Below, piece by piece: positions 14,529 through 31,700 of a stretch of DNA of 64,000 nucleotides. This stretch comes from Eledone cirrhosa (Eukaryota). Each line of letters starts with the position of its first letter. Position 1 is the first letter of the stretch. The position numbers and the translations under genes were made by a program. The notes beneath the pieces were generated by a model. The model made no database searches. It saw only the letters and a list, made by a program, of their open reading frames with translations, and was not told the origin of the DNA. Location: NCBI GenBank assembly GCA_964016885.1, contig OZ024741.1, positions 111,538,001 through 111,602,000 of the forward strand, given 5' to 3'.

Positions 14529-15299
14529 TGAAAACAAACGTGCCGCGTGGTTGCAAATGGGTTACATATGAATAAAGTTAGTCCTTCATCAGTGATCTTC
14601 CAACCATCATTGGTATTTCATCGCTTTAAAGACCATATACCTCCGGTTGGTGCGAGCAACGGCTAAAGAAAGTCGTTGGGACACGTAAATAAGGGGAACG
14701 AGCGAGAGTGTAAACAAACAAAGAGGGTAAAGCAACGAAAAGTGAGGAAGAAATCGTCAAGTCCCAGATTTCCATGAATATAAGTTCGGTGAAATCGTGA
14801 ACGAGAGAGAATGAAGACCATTAAACCTAGTCGAAATGTGAGCAAGGAAAGAATTCCGCACAGGTCAAACGGGAGGAAGAAGGAGTCCAGTCCGTGAATT
14901 CGGTGAACATAAGTTCTGTGAAATCGTAGACGAGAGAGAAAAAAGGACAACCAGCCTGGCCAAGCGTGCGCGAGAAAAGAATTACGCACAGGTCAAACGG
15001 GAGGAAGTAGGAGACGTAGTAGCAGAGAGTGAGTGAGTGAAGGGTGAGGAAGAGGCTAACAGAGAGAGTGACTGTTAGAGAGGGTAAAGATACAGAGAAA
15101 GAGGAAGCAGTAAGAACGAAATAGACGGGTCACAGCGGGGGAAAATATATGTGTGAATATGAAAACAAACGTGCTGCGTGGTTGCAAATGGGTAATATAT
15201 GAATAAAGTTAGTCCTTCATCAGTGATCTTCCAACCATCATTGGTATTTCATCGCTTTAAAGACCATATACCTCCGGTTGGTGCGAGCAGCGGCTAAAG
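14529..15299 (-). mobile_element. Non-coding element with ~137-bp direct terminal repeats in (TA)n
   Basis: 14529-14667 matches 15160-15299. There is an internal ~120-bp duplication, and TA repeats on both sides. Confidence 0.6.
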
Positions 15300-15868
15300 A
15301 TATATACATACACACACACACATATATATATATATATGATTAAGAATTGGCAGAGTAGTTAGAGTGCAGATTAAATGCGTCCGTATTTATTTCACCTCCT
15401 TTTGCTCTGAGTTAAAATATCACGAGGGTCAGCTTTGCTTTCGTCTTTTCGAAGTTGATAAATAAAGTACCAGTCCAGGGGCGGTGGCTTGGTGGAATTA
15501 TATAAAAAGTCGGACGGGATGTTTTATGGTTTCTTTTCCACCTCCAGGAAAGCAATGGCGCTTCTGCCAGGAGTTACACCTGACAGATTACTCCTTCCCT
15601 AGCAGGCGGGCCTCCCGTATGAAGTAATTGGCTTAAAAAAGGCCGCTAATTAGAAATCAATGTTAATATGTTTACACTTTCTTGAACAGTCTATGATATT
15701 TATATTTAAAAAAACTAAAGTACAGAGACACCGAATCTCTTAACTATTCGACCATACTGAGCCAACAGTATAACTTGTAAATATTAAATCAATTTTCGAA
15801 ATATGAAAAAAACAAAAAAACAACAACAAAAAAAAACAACAACCCTGGTCTGATTTGAACTTCTTTAC

Positions 15869-15915
15869 CTGAGGCACAGAAATATACGCCATAAATCATC
15901 TGGTAGAGTTTTCCA
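15869..15915 (-). CDS. Candidate internal exon (47 nt)
   Basis: atttacttcag|...CAG|gtaaag, phase 0 to 2, WKTLPDDLWRIFLCL(R). Confidence 0.45.
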
Positions 15916-18149
15916 CTGAAGTAAATCATTGAAGTCACCATACGTTGTTTTACTAATGTATATTTAGTGTGTGAATTTGCTCTCCCTATGAAAGAGGTTT
16001 GGGGATTTAAAACTAATGTTAAAACACACATAACCATCAATCACAAAATGGCATTTTCGATTATTCTTTGAATAATTATCAGGAGTAATATTACAGAGGT
16101 AGCATGCTCACTCATTTAGTTGCAGACGATTTATTGAATTCTCGTCTAAGTACTGACAATGTCGTCCGATTGACAATAAATCATTGACGAAAATTACCGA
16201 AAAAGACACTTTGCAGGGTATGAATTAATAAATTCGGTGTAAGAAAACGTATTTGTTCTACTGTGAAAGAGATGTAAGGGTGAAATACTCGAGTTAAAGA
16301 GAGCATTAAAGAAGAAAAAAGGAACATATGCGAGTTAGGTGGTGGAGAAAACACAAAACGAAATAGATGCGAATTGGAAGGAACAGAAAGAGGAAGACAC
16401 GAATTAGAGGACGACGACGAGAAAGAAGAAGAAGAAGAAGAAGAAGAAGAAGAAGAAGAAGAAGAAGAAGAAGAAGAAGAAGAAGAAAAAGAAGCCGAAG
16501 AAGAAAAGAAGAAGAAAAGGAAGAAAAATATGAAAAAAAAAATAAGAAGAAAAGAAGCAAAATTGCGATAAGATGGGAAGGGTGAAAGAGCAATCAAGTC
16601 ACAAACTGTCTAGAAATAATAAATTTTTATAACTTTGAGATATAAAACCCTCTCAAATTAGAGAAGAATAATAAAAATAGAATTTAAAAAAATGCTAGTA
16701 AAGTAAATAAACAACACAAACAACTGACATTGGCAAAAAGAAAGAGAGAAAGAATGATAAAAACTCCAACATAAACTGAATCTCGGTACATCAAACAAAA
16801 TTGTCTTAGTAAATTTCTAAATTTCTTTTGTTCTGTTTCTCTTCAACATTTTCTGAAACATTCCGACGTATTCGCCAAAGAGCTATCTATATCTAAACAT
16901 CAACACTAACAGAACGGAAGGGAAATAAGTAAATAGTTGCTGAGATTTTCGGTTAACGACCGATATTTAGTTCGATGTTGAAATTGTGAATAGAATTGGC
17001 AATTTACCATCGAGAGGGAAGATGTCGAGAGAAAGAGAGCAAGAACGAGAGAGAGAGAGAGAGAGAGAGAGAAAGCAGTAGAGGGTAAGGAAAGTCTTTA
17101 AATAAAGACCGATTCTAAAACGTCAGTAGGCTATTGAATCAAATGAATTCGGCTGAAGTAATCCCTAAAAATGTAAATCTCTTCAAAGAACTAATTAAAT
17201 ATTCGAACAACGAACGTGAATTCGTGCAAATGTCTACAAATAGAAATCGCCATTTTGGATGGATTGAGTAATGTGAGGCTGTGTGCGTTGGAGATTGTTT
17301 TGTGTGTGTGTATGTGGGGTCTGTGTATGTAAGTGTGTGTGAATGAGTGCATGTGTGTCTGCTTGCGTGTGAGCGTATTTTATGAGTGCGTGTTGGAGAT
17401 GTCTGTGAGTGTGTGTATGTGTGTGTATGTGTGTGTGCATGCATGTGAGTATAAATTATGTGTGGGTGTGAGTGTGAATTTGTGTGTGAGTGTATGTTGA
17501 AGAAGTAGATTATGTGTGTGCTTGCATGTGTATTTAGGGAGAAGATTGTTGTGGGTGTATGTGTTTATGTGAGTGCGCTCGTGTGTGTAAGTGTATGTGT
17601 GTGTGTGTGTCTGCATGTGTAAGTGTATGTACGTATATGTAAGTATGTACGTGTGTGTGACTGCGTATAATAGGGGAGAAGGAGATTATGTATGCATGTG
17701 TGTATGTCTTTGAATGCGTATGTGTACGCGCGTGTACTTGTGTTTGTGTGTGTGCTTGTGTGTTTGCGCGTGTGTGTGTGTGTGTGTGGTTGTGTTTAGT
17801 GTGTATGTAATGTGGGTAGTATGTGTATGTATATAATGTGGGTAGTATGTGTATGTATGTAATGTGGGTGGTGTGTGTAAGTATGTAATATGGGAATGTA
17901 TGAGTGTATTGTACGCGCCTCCGTGTGTACGCCTACACGTGTACATGTGTGAGGCTGGAAAGCCATGGACATATCTAAAACTAAACTTAGAAATTTAATT
18001 TTAGGAGGAAATTTGATAAACAATCAATATCACCAAGCTGGAAATATCGGTGCGATGGATTGGTGGTGAAGATGTGTAGACTTAGCTGATAGCTTTTAGC
18101 TAAATAGCTGTCTCTTGCTTAATTAACGTAGGTAGATATTGTTGCAGAT

Positions 18150-19140
18150 GAGACTTGAGCTAAAAACAACGCCTAGCTGGGATGGGTAAAGTAGAGGTGA
18201 GATGACACAACGCTTAGCTGGAACCGGTAGAGTAAAAATGAACTCAAATGATGCTCAACTGAATCATACGGTATGACCATCTTCCCGTTCTGCGGTGGCA
18301 GCAAACCCCTCGTCTGGGATGCCACTTGCAGTGACACTTTCTCCAGCCGTAACCTGGTGCAGTTTGCGACATACCCAGATTCTGCTGCACTTCGGGCTGA
18401 GGAGGGCAAACTCTCCAAGTATCTGTCGCTCTCCGACAGGTTTGCAGTCGTGCCCTTGGCAGTGGAGACGTCTGGTGTCCTTGGCCCTAGGCCTACCTCC
18501 CTACTCACCACCATAGGCGCTGAGCTGGCCAGCCGTAGGTGTGAGCCTCGTGAGATGGAATGGCTCTTCCAGCGAATCTCCCTTATCAAATACTCCGGGG
18601 AAACACCTTCTCCATTCTGTCCACCGGGGATGTGTGGCGGCCAGCACGTGGGACCCCATTTGCTCATAATACAGAGAGATGGGGAGGTCGAGAGAGATGG
18701 AGGTGATGGCAGTGGGTGTTTGGCTCTTCCGTGTTCGAACACATTGTACCTGTCTTGTGGATCATGTGATAATTCCACCACTTTATCCTACCAATCCTAC
18801 CAACCTTTTCACTACCCAATTCCCAAATCGAGGTTGTTGTTGAGTAGTCGTGAACTTAAACAAGGCATAATAGGGACAGGTATATTAAAGGTGTGCTAAA
18901 ACAATGCGTAGCTGGGTTAGGTAGAGTAGATGTGAGCTAACACACTGCCTAGCTGGGTCAGGTAGAGTAGATGTGAGCTAACACACTGCCTAGCTGGGTA
19001 AGGTAGAGGAGATGTGAACTAAAACAAAACAAAAACGTTAAGCAGTGACCGGTAGAGTAGAGGTGAGCTAAACCAACGCTTAACTAGGTCAGAGAGGTCA
19101 TCGTAGAATAAATGTGAGTTCAAATAACGTACAACTGGAT
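18150..19140. repeat. 41-bp minisatellite interrupted by a retroelement fragment
   Basis: Unit gtagagtagatgtgagctaacacactgcctagctgggtcag at 18921 and 18962. Degenerate units at 18150-18260 and out to ~19140. Confidence 0.75.
18265..18600 (+). mobile_element. RLE-type (CRE-like) non-LTR retrotransposon 3' fragment
   Basis: GMTIFPF..KPLVWDATCSDTF...AEEGKLSKY..L...FAVVPLAVETSGVLGP...WLFQRISL is a restriction-like endonuclease signature. Confidence 0.75.
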
Positions 19141-19715
19141 AAAAGAGTATCGAACGCCTAGTAGTCAAACGATTAACACAAGGACTAACAAAAATGACCG
19201 CAGGATCCGACTTTTTTTTAGAGTGCAGTTAGACAGGAAAGATCAATGCTTATGGTCATTTTTCAGATCCTCTGAAATTAGTATGAGAGGGGGAAGCAGG
19301 CAGGCATTCTCAGACTAAAGATCTGCGTTGAATGCTTGCAACTGAATAGACTCTGCCAATGGCTCTAAAGGGGCAGACGAATTAAATTTAACACCCGTTT
19401 GTTGGCTAAACTTTGCCTAAGTAACGACCGACAATCGTCTTATACACCAATATATATATATATATGGTATATAGAATATGAAATATAATTGCATGAAATA
19501 TAAAAGTTGTTTAATGACGCGCGCAATATGAAAATTCAATTTATTAAACTTATCTGAATTAAATTATAGGCGCAGGAGGCATGGTTAGGAGTTCGATTCT
19601 CAACCACGTGGGTTGGGGTTCACTTCCATTGTCTACTTGTATCTTCTACTATAGCTTCGGTTTGACCATCGCCTTCCGAGTAAAATTTGGTAGACGGTAA
19701 CTTCAGAAACACGTC

Positions 19716-19840
<125 letters not shown>

Positions 19841-21042
19841 TGTGTGTGAGTGCTTGCGTATGTTTACGTTTGTATTAGTGTAAATTAACGGTTCGACACA
19901 AAGAAATCCATAAAATAAGTACCAGGGTTTAAAGAAATAAGTGCTGGAGGCGGGGTAGCAGGATCAACTAAATTCACTTAATGCGTTGCTCTAGAACGAC
20001 CCCGATCTAATGAATGACTGAAACCAATAAACATATAAAAGAAAGAATATTATCATTGCAGTGAAGAGAAGGAAACAAGCTCAATGAGTAATAAAATCTG
20101 ATAAAGGCAAAAGGGGTGACAACTCCGAAATTTTAATTAATTTAAATTTCAACACTGCATGCGCATTTCAAAATTTAAATTAGTTAGCAATTTGAAGTAG
20201 TCACCCCATTGCCTTTTTCAGATTTCATTGTCATTAGACATTTATCAAAGTCAATTTTTATTTCAATTAATTGAAAATTTTACCCTCTCTATTGAATATG
20301 TGTCTCTAATTGAAAATATTATATATTTCATTTGTTAATATAAAGGATGCCCTGTATTCATGTTTAAAACATGTACATCTTGCTGACTATATTTATCCAT
20401 AGGTAAATAGCTATGGATTTTGTTTTTGTCGACCATTCCCACGTCAGGTATGATACAACAATTATATTATAAAAGATATTCCATCCATCCATCTATCCAT
20501 CCATCTATAAAAATCCTGCATTGTATCCTGATACAAGATCACATTATGTGTCATTTTATTAAAGAAGGGTGTGTATTATTTAATGAAAAGTTGGCTGTTA
20601 TTCTGTTATTTCTAGCGCATTTAGTAACAACGTCGACACTACTCAACCAGCTTGCATATGTATTATAACTAAGCATATACTCATAAAACAATTCTTTGGA
20701 TCTTAATGGTTTTGTGTTATTGGAACAATCATCAGTAAGAAGAAATACAATATATTAAACAAAAAAAGTTAAAAAAGAGTAAAATTTAAATTGGATTCCG
20801 CTAGACGATGTTGGCCGTCAGCTTCACAGCTGAGGCTTTCTAAATGTTTATTTATTAAACATACCGTATATCTTTAGATGTACGAAATTCACATACATTT
20901 ATGTATACAGCTATGACGAAGCTAAGTTCTAACACACACACGCACACACATCTATCTATCTATATGTTTATATATATATATATAAATTAATAAAAGCAAT
21001 GAATAAAAACAAAGAAACAGTTCCTTATATTAAAAAAATTCA

Positions 21043-21174
21043 TCATTTTACGATCGTTTCTAGGATATATATATGTGTGTTGGTATGTATATCATATAGA
21101 TCTATGTAAACATTTTACAAACTATCAGAGGGAATATACATACCTTCACATATATATGCTGTCTTCAGAAATAA
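21043..21174 (-). ncRNA. Type-I hammerhead with ~105-nt stem II
   Basis: Reverse complement: TTATTT-CTGAAGA-[long hairpin]-GAAA-CGATCG-TA-AAATGA. Confidence 0.7.
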
Positions 21175-21240
21175 GTACGAGTTCTTCATACGGATTGGAC
21201 ACCACCGTATATTTTTGGTATATTTATCTACATATATATA

Positions 21241-22289
<1,049 letters not shown>

Positions 22290-22320
22290 AAATGTGTGTA
22301 ATCCTTGGTACAGTTAGGTA

Positions 22321-25290
<2,970 letters not shown>

Positions 25291-25378
25291 CAATCGTCCT
25301 CGATATGCAAATTTTGCTACTCAGCCGTTAATATGTATAAGGTAAGTATATACGTTCAACAATCTGGCAGGAAGGTAT

Positions 25379-25421
25379 ACGCCGCTGACGATAGCTAATA
25401 AGCTTGAAACTAGTACATCGT
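25379..25421 (+). ncRNA. Minimal hammerhead, degenerate stem I
   Basis: acgccg-CTGACGA-T AGC taataa GCT T-GAAA-C TA G-TA-catcgt. Confidence 0.6.
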
Positions 25422-25624
25422 TCCTTTGTCAGTGTTGAACAAACGAGCAACGATGATTGCTAGACACTACGGCTTAATACGGGATGTTTGTTTACAAACA
25501 CACCGAGCATTATAATAAATGTTCGGTGAATCCATACGTACATATATATATGTGTGCATGTATGTATATATATATATACATACTACTGTACGTCTGTATA
25601 CATATATGTATGTACGTGTATATA

Positions 25625-25723
<99 letters not shown>

Positions 25724-25724
25724 T

Positions 25725-25800
<76 letters not shown>

Positions 25801-26215
25801 AACAGCACCACCAGGAATGAAGCCACCAACTCAGTCCTAACACCATCACCAACACCGCTTCTAATTCGTGTTCATATATATTTTAGTACAGGAACTCAAT
25901 CACACTGTTTATATATTTTTCTACAACATTGTATCAATTGCCTAAAGTTGTAGTTTATTCAAGTTAAATTTTAATTTTAATATGCAACGAAGCAAAGTAA
26001 ATACGATAGTTATTAAGATATTACTGCTTGAGGCAGTTCTAATCCTTATACCCATTTTGATAGTGAAAGGTTATATGATCGTCAAATTATATCTGCAGCC
26101 ATTACATGAAACAATCCTGGATTATAGGAAACTATTCCAGTTCTGTTATACAATATTTGCTAAGTGAAAATTCAATAGATGAAATATTTCTAGAACGCCT
26201 TTTCACTTGACATAC

Positions 26216-26301
26216 AAGAGCTTCTTGATAGTAAAGAGGATATTTCATTTCCAAAGCTTCCAGCAATGGTATACAATCGTATAGGGTATTAGAACTAAAA
26301 C
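26216..26301 (-). CDS. Candidate internal exon (86 nt)
   Basis: tgtttgattgcag|...|gtatgt, phase 1 to 0, (G)FSSNTLYDCIPLLEALEMKYPLYYQEAL. Confidence 0.45.
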
Positions 26302-27000
26302 CTGCAATCAAACACGACATATCGATTCTAAAAGTTATTCCCAAACTCTAAACTTAAAAGTTGCTGGCTTAAAGGAGCTAAAAGATCAGACTCACTCCCT
26401 ATTATCAAATTTTTTATTCAATTTAAATTTCGGATTAGTCTCCCTTTACTTTGGGAAGGTTTATTATTAACGCTAATGATTTTACTTTTCATTATGGATG
26501 TGTGGATGATTCGCAATAATAAGGTTCCGAGTTTGAGCTCACTGCGTGGCATCTTATGTCAGGGTCGTTTACCATAGTCTCGGGTGGATTCAAGTTTTGT
26601 GAATGGAATCAGGTATAGGGTTATGTTAAGAGTACACGTGCCTGTGGAATGTTCGACTGTTTACACGTTAATCATCGAAAAACTGGCAATTTGTTGCTTA
26701 TTGAATATGTGTTGTACAAGATTTATATTGAGTAGTGTAGAATACGTCAGTTGTGAGTTATGTTGCAGAAGAGGCGAGTGTATGGTATAAATTATATTAT
26801 TTCATTGAGTAGTGGTTGTGAGCTGAATCTTGCGTAGGATGTGAGTTGGTGTGGACTCATGTCTCCGTTACAGCCGCACTCAAATCATACCATATTCATA
26901 TATCTCTGATTTGCTTTCATATACATATACTCATATAAATACATACACACATATATATATATAAACATAAATACACACACACTCGCACCCACACGCACAT

Positions 27001-27122
<122 letters not shown>

Positions 27123-27123
27123 G

Positions 27124-27209
<86 letters not shown>

Positions 27210-27210
<1 letters not shown>

Positions 27211-27682
27211 AAACGATAACAGCAGAAGTCTGCCAAGAGCTAAGATGTTTGAAAGCAACTTTGCAGCAAAAACACCCATCATTAACAAACAGAAAAGGAT
27301 TCATCCTTCATCATGATAATGCTGGAACTCCCACGGCACATAATACCAAAGATCTCTTAGAAAAATATGCTTGTGAAATCATGCTTCACTCTCAATATTC
27401 TCCAGACTTCGCACCAGCAGATTACTATATCTTTAAAAATTTGCAAAATTATTTGGGTGGATTAAGACTTACTTCAAGTAAATTCGTATGAGTTAGTTTC
27501 TTTTCTTAGTTCAAAACCAAAAGAATTTTATCAACGTAACATTAAAAAGCTTATTAGCAGATGGAGTGAGGTAATAGAGGAGACCGATGACTACATTAAC
27601 GATTTAAAAAATCTGATATTGTGTTGTTTTTATTGTTTTATTGAGCCTTAAAAATGATGAGAAGTTTCGTTACAACCTAATA
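27210..27682 (+). mobile_element. mariner (DD34D) transposase 3' fragment and right TIR
   Basis: ILHHDNA...H...HSQYSPDFAPADYYIFKNLQNYL. Ends ...ttacaacctaa|TA. Confidence 0.85.
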
Positions 27683-27706
27683 TCTATCTATCTATCTATC
27701 TATCTA
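27681..27706 (+). repeat. (TATC)n target microsatellite
   Basis: About 6 units directly 5' of Tx1 copy 1. Confidence 0.95.
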
Positions 27707-28762
27707 AAAATCCACACCATCCTGCCGATTATGGACATATGGTGGGTTTTGACAGGTTTTCTGGACCTGGAGGATGACATGCTGGTGTCCATGGGAAAGG
27801 CATCGGGTGACGCGTTCAGTGGAACGAGCCTCGAACTTGTAGTTCAAATGAGGCCCGAAAGGATCGCCCAGATCCCTGAACGCGTCATACTGGATGAGCT
27901 AACCTTCATCAACATTACCGTCGAGGGTAGACGGCCCTCGTGTTACCTCTGCGGAACCAGAGGTCACCTGAGGGCTGTCTGTCCCCAACTTAATAAGAAA
28001 ACCCCAATCCTGCCTACACCACCAACAACTGCACAACCAACACAATCACCACAACTACCACTACAAAAACAACCACCACAGCTCAAACCAAAACAAAACA
28101 ATGTCCAACCCATCCCCTCCACTCAAAAAACAAAAACAATTTCCAAAACACCCGTACCGCAAACACAACCCGAAAATATACCCCTCCCCTCCAACGCGGA
28201 AGATGACCCTAGTTCGTCGTCAGACGAGGAAGAGCACTTCCACACAATCAAAAGAAAAAAAAGAAAACACACCTCAGACACACAAATGAAAAAAAACCCT
28301 CCCCAAAACATAACACTGACACCAACACAAAAGAGCTCACAACAACAGCAAACAAAAAACACCACACAAAAACAAAAACATGCATACACATACATAAATA
28401 CAAGAAACAAAAAACTGTTAAACATTGTGTACAACAACAATCTAATAAAAACACAAGGGCCTAACTTCACCCAGGCAGGGGATTTCCCCCACCTCAAAAT
28501 GATTAAGGCCCCACAGGACACCTATAAAACTTTAAAAAACAATTTTAAAGAGGACGTGGGTCCCCCCTGCGTCGGGCCCATTAACCGCGTCCTCCTAAAA
28601 AACTATCCCACCCCCTCCCCAAACACCCACACAACTCCAAGCTCCCCAACCACACAACACACTGATGCCCCCACACTTCCACAAACCACCACCCCAACCA
28701 ACAACCCATCCCCCACCCTAATGGAAATTGTGCAGCCCGATACCCGGGACGCAGAGAGGTAA
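27707..28762 (+). CDS. Tx1 ORF1 (Gag-like), N-terminally truncated
   Basis: VEGRRPSCYLCGTRGHLRAVCP CCHC knuckle, followed by a P/T/Q/K-rich linker. Confidence 0.88.
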   Translation, partial: KIHTILPIMDIWWVLTGFLDLEDDMLVSMGKASGDAFSGTSLELVVQMRPERIAQIPERVILDELTFINITVEGRRPSCYLCGTRGHLRAVCPQLNKKTPILPTPPTTAQPTQSPQLPLQKQPPQLKPKQNNVQPIPSTQKTKTISKTPVPQTQPENIPLPSNAEDDPSSSSDEEEHFHTIKRKKRKHTSDTQMKKNPPQNITLTPTQKSSQQQQTKNTTQKQKHAYTYINTRNKKLLNIVYNNNLIKTQGPNFTQAGDFPHLKMIKAPQDTYKTLKNNFKEDVGPPCVGPINRVLLKNYPTPSPNTHTTPSSPTTQHTDAPTLPQTTTPTNNPSPTLMEIVQPDTRDAER

Positions 28763-28786
28763 GTGCCTTTTCTCTTCACCGCCAAC

Positions 28787-31700
28787 ATGGCTATGCTAAG
28801 AGTAGGCTGTTTAAATGCGCGTGGCCTGGGCTCAACTTGGAAGCAAGCAATGCTTCTAAATGACCTCAGGTCACAACGTATAGATGTGATGGTTATTTGC
28901 GAGGCCCGGATCAGCAATGTGCGACAGCTGGCCCCCGCCTTTGATGACTTTGAGATGCACGCATCTCTCTGTCAGCCCGGAGGTGGGGGTGGAGTTGTCG
29001 TTCTGCTGCAAAAACATCTGGGTCTCGCAACACAGATGGTACATTTGGACCCGGAGGGTCGACTAGTGGTTCTGGACCTTGGCAGTGGTAAAGGCGGAGC
29101 GTTTAGGTTGGTAGCCGCCTACGGCCCTTTCGGGTCAATGCGGCCGGACTTCTTCCATCGTCTGGAGACTTTTCTGGGGACGTCCCGCTCCTTGCTATTA
29201 GTGGGGGACTGGAATGGTATCCTAGATGCACGCTGGGACTACGTAGGGGCCTGCCCCGATAGAGAGGGGTGTAATAGCCTCAAAGGGTTAATCGGTCGAT
29301 TTGACCTGGCCGATAGATATCGACTAGATTTTCCGACTGCGCCAACCTGGACTTGGGCAAATCGTAGCGGATCATCTAGGTCGTACCTAGATAGGTTCTT
29401 AGTTAGAATTAAGGATAAGGACTTTTTAAGTTGTCCAAAAATGCGCATGGTTGGCTATTCAGACCACAAATTAGTGACCTGCATGGTCAACCTTGACAGA
29501 ACTCATAGACAGGGCCCCGGTTACTGGAAGCTCAACTTGTCCTTGCCGGCAAGTAGAGCCTACAGGAATCGGATTAGTACGTTAGTTAAGGAACGGTTGA
29601 CTGGAGCGATCGTCAACAGCAGGTGGTGGGTATCTCTAAAGAGAGAGATTAGAGTAGTCTCGATAGAATTTAGTAAGGTTCTAGCTGCGGATAGGAATAG
29701 GAAGGAAAGGGAGCTAATAGATAGAGTAGAAGAGGCAATTAGAAGCGGCGACGTGGCCAGAGTGCTAGCGTCGAGAACGGCTTTGAGCCAGTTTTTCGAC
29801 GCGAAGCACGAAGGCTGCGTTGTCCGAAGTAAAATACGTGCTCTAGGGAACGAGGGGACCAAAGCTGTTAGCTGGGCCCGCGTGACAGAGGCCAACAGTG
29901 GAACTAAATCCACCATCCGGTCTTTGCGAGACCTGGATGGACGGGCGATTCTTGAGCCTAGGCAGATGTGTGAGGCCTTTCAAAGGCACTTTGCCCGACT
30001 GTTCGGGAGGGGCGGGGAGCCGGTTGGGAACGTGGACTTCGGTCCATACCTCGACGGCCTGCCGCGCCTCTCGGACAGGGAGGCGAAGTCCTGCGAGGAG
30101 CCGATTTCGGCCGCTGAGATAGAGGACGTGCTGAGCCAATGCGGCAGACGCAAATCCCCGGGTCTCGATGGTCTTCCTTACGAATTATATCTAGCTATGC
30201 CGGACTTGTTCCCCGATCTCCTCGAGGCGGTCTACTGCAACTGGCGACAGAACGGGAGAATTCCCTGTACTGTGACCAAGGGCGTAGTCACGCTAGTGAG
30301 GAAGGACGAGAACAAGGGGGACGAAATAAGTAACTTCAGGCCCATAACTCTGCTAAATACAGAGTTACAGATTTTGGCCAAGGTGCTAGCAAAGAGGTTG
30401 GCGCTTGTCGTGGGCAACCTGGTGGGAGATGCGCAGACATGCGCTATCCCGTCCAGTTCCATCCATGACAACCTCCACCTCATGCGATACATCATAGAGA
30501 GGGTTGGGAACGAACCCGGCTTTGGTGGGGCTCTGATCAACATGGATCAATCTAAGGCGTTCGATAGGGTCGACCATGGTTACCTGGATGCGGTGCTAGC
30601 GGCGGCAGGCTTCGGACCCGTTTTCAGGGGTTGGATCACTGCTATGCACAGCAGCCGCATCTGCTCTAGGGTCAAGGTGAACGGCTACCTCTCGGAGCTG
30701 TTCAAAATCGCGCGGTCCATCCGACAAGGGTGCCCTCTCTCCTCCCTTCTGTATGTGTTGACTCTCGAGCCACTACTGCGGAAGTTGGAGTTGTTGCAGG
30801 GCATCCCTTTGGAACCGGGATTGCGGAAAGCGGTGTCGGCCTACGCCGATGACGTGACAGTAATGGTGTCGACGGCCTCCGAAATCGAGGCGGTCGGCAC
30901 CTTACTGGAGGAGTACGAAAAGTTCACAGGGGCTAAGCTGAACCGGGACAAGTCGATCGGTTTGCAACTCGGCACGTGGAGGGGCAGACCGATGCCCTCC
31001 GATGGCGTCGTCGGACGCTGGACGGAGGGCCCGGTGAAGTTGCTCGGGGTCTGGTTCGGACCGGACCTCCAGGTGGAGAAAAACTGGGCGGAGGTTACGA
31101 ACAGGGTGTTTGCACTGACCCAGAAGTGGGCCAGTTGCAAACTATCCCTGAAAGGTCGGGCGGAGGTGGCGAACACCTACATAGAGTCCGTCATCTACTA
31201 CCGCCTGACCGTAGTGCCCTGCCCAAGGGAAACCCTCACCAAGATGGAGCGCGCGCTCTTCCAATTCCTTTGGAAGAGGCGGGCTCCTATGGTGAGGAGA
31301 TCCATCTGCTGTCAACACCCTTCGAAAGGAGGGCTGGGGATGCCGTGGCTAATGATGCGTAAACACGCATTAAGGCTACGGCACCTCTACGTATTCCTCA
31401 CCGGACAACCGGTGTGGGCCTCGTCTCACTCACCGAGCTGCAATCCTGGGTCAAGCAAAGACCGAGAAAACTGGGCGCCTGGCACACTGAGTGTGCCCAG
31501 GCGCTCACCGCCCTCTGGCAGGCGGATCCGGTTATCAGTGGAGACTCCACCGCAACATTCTATAGAGGGCTGGTACGCAGCAGGTGCGACGACGCCCTCG
31601 AAGAAGCCCTAGACATGGAGGAGGACGAACTGGCCGGCCTGTTCGGTAGGACATTCAGCCCGGGACCTATGGACAACTTCCAGAAGTCCCTGGCCTGGCA

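Noticed and set aside
27641-27706. ORF-track start of the 373-aa ORF
   Set aside because: The N-terminus runs through the mariner TIR and TATC repeat. The element itself starts at 27707.
28760-28790. Stop-codon readthrough fusing ORF1 and ORF2
   Set aside because: In frame in copies 1 and 3 (24-nt spacer) but not in the (ATT) copy (34 nt), so it is not conserved.
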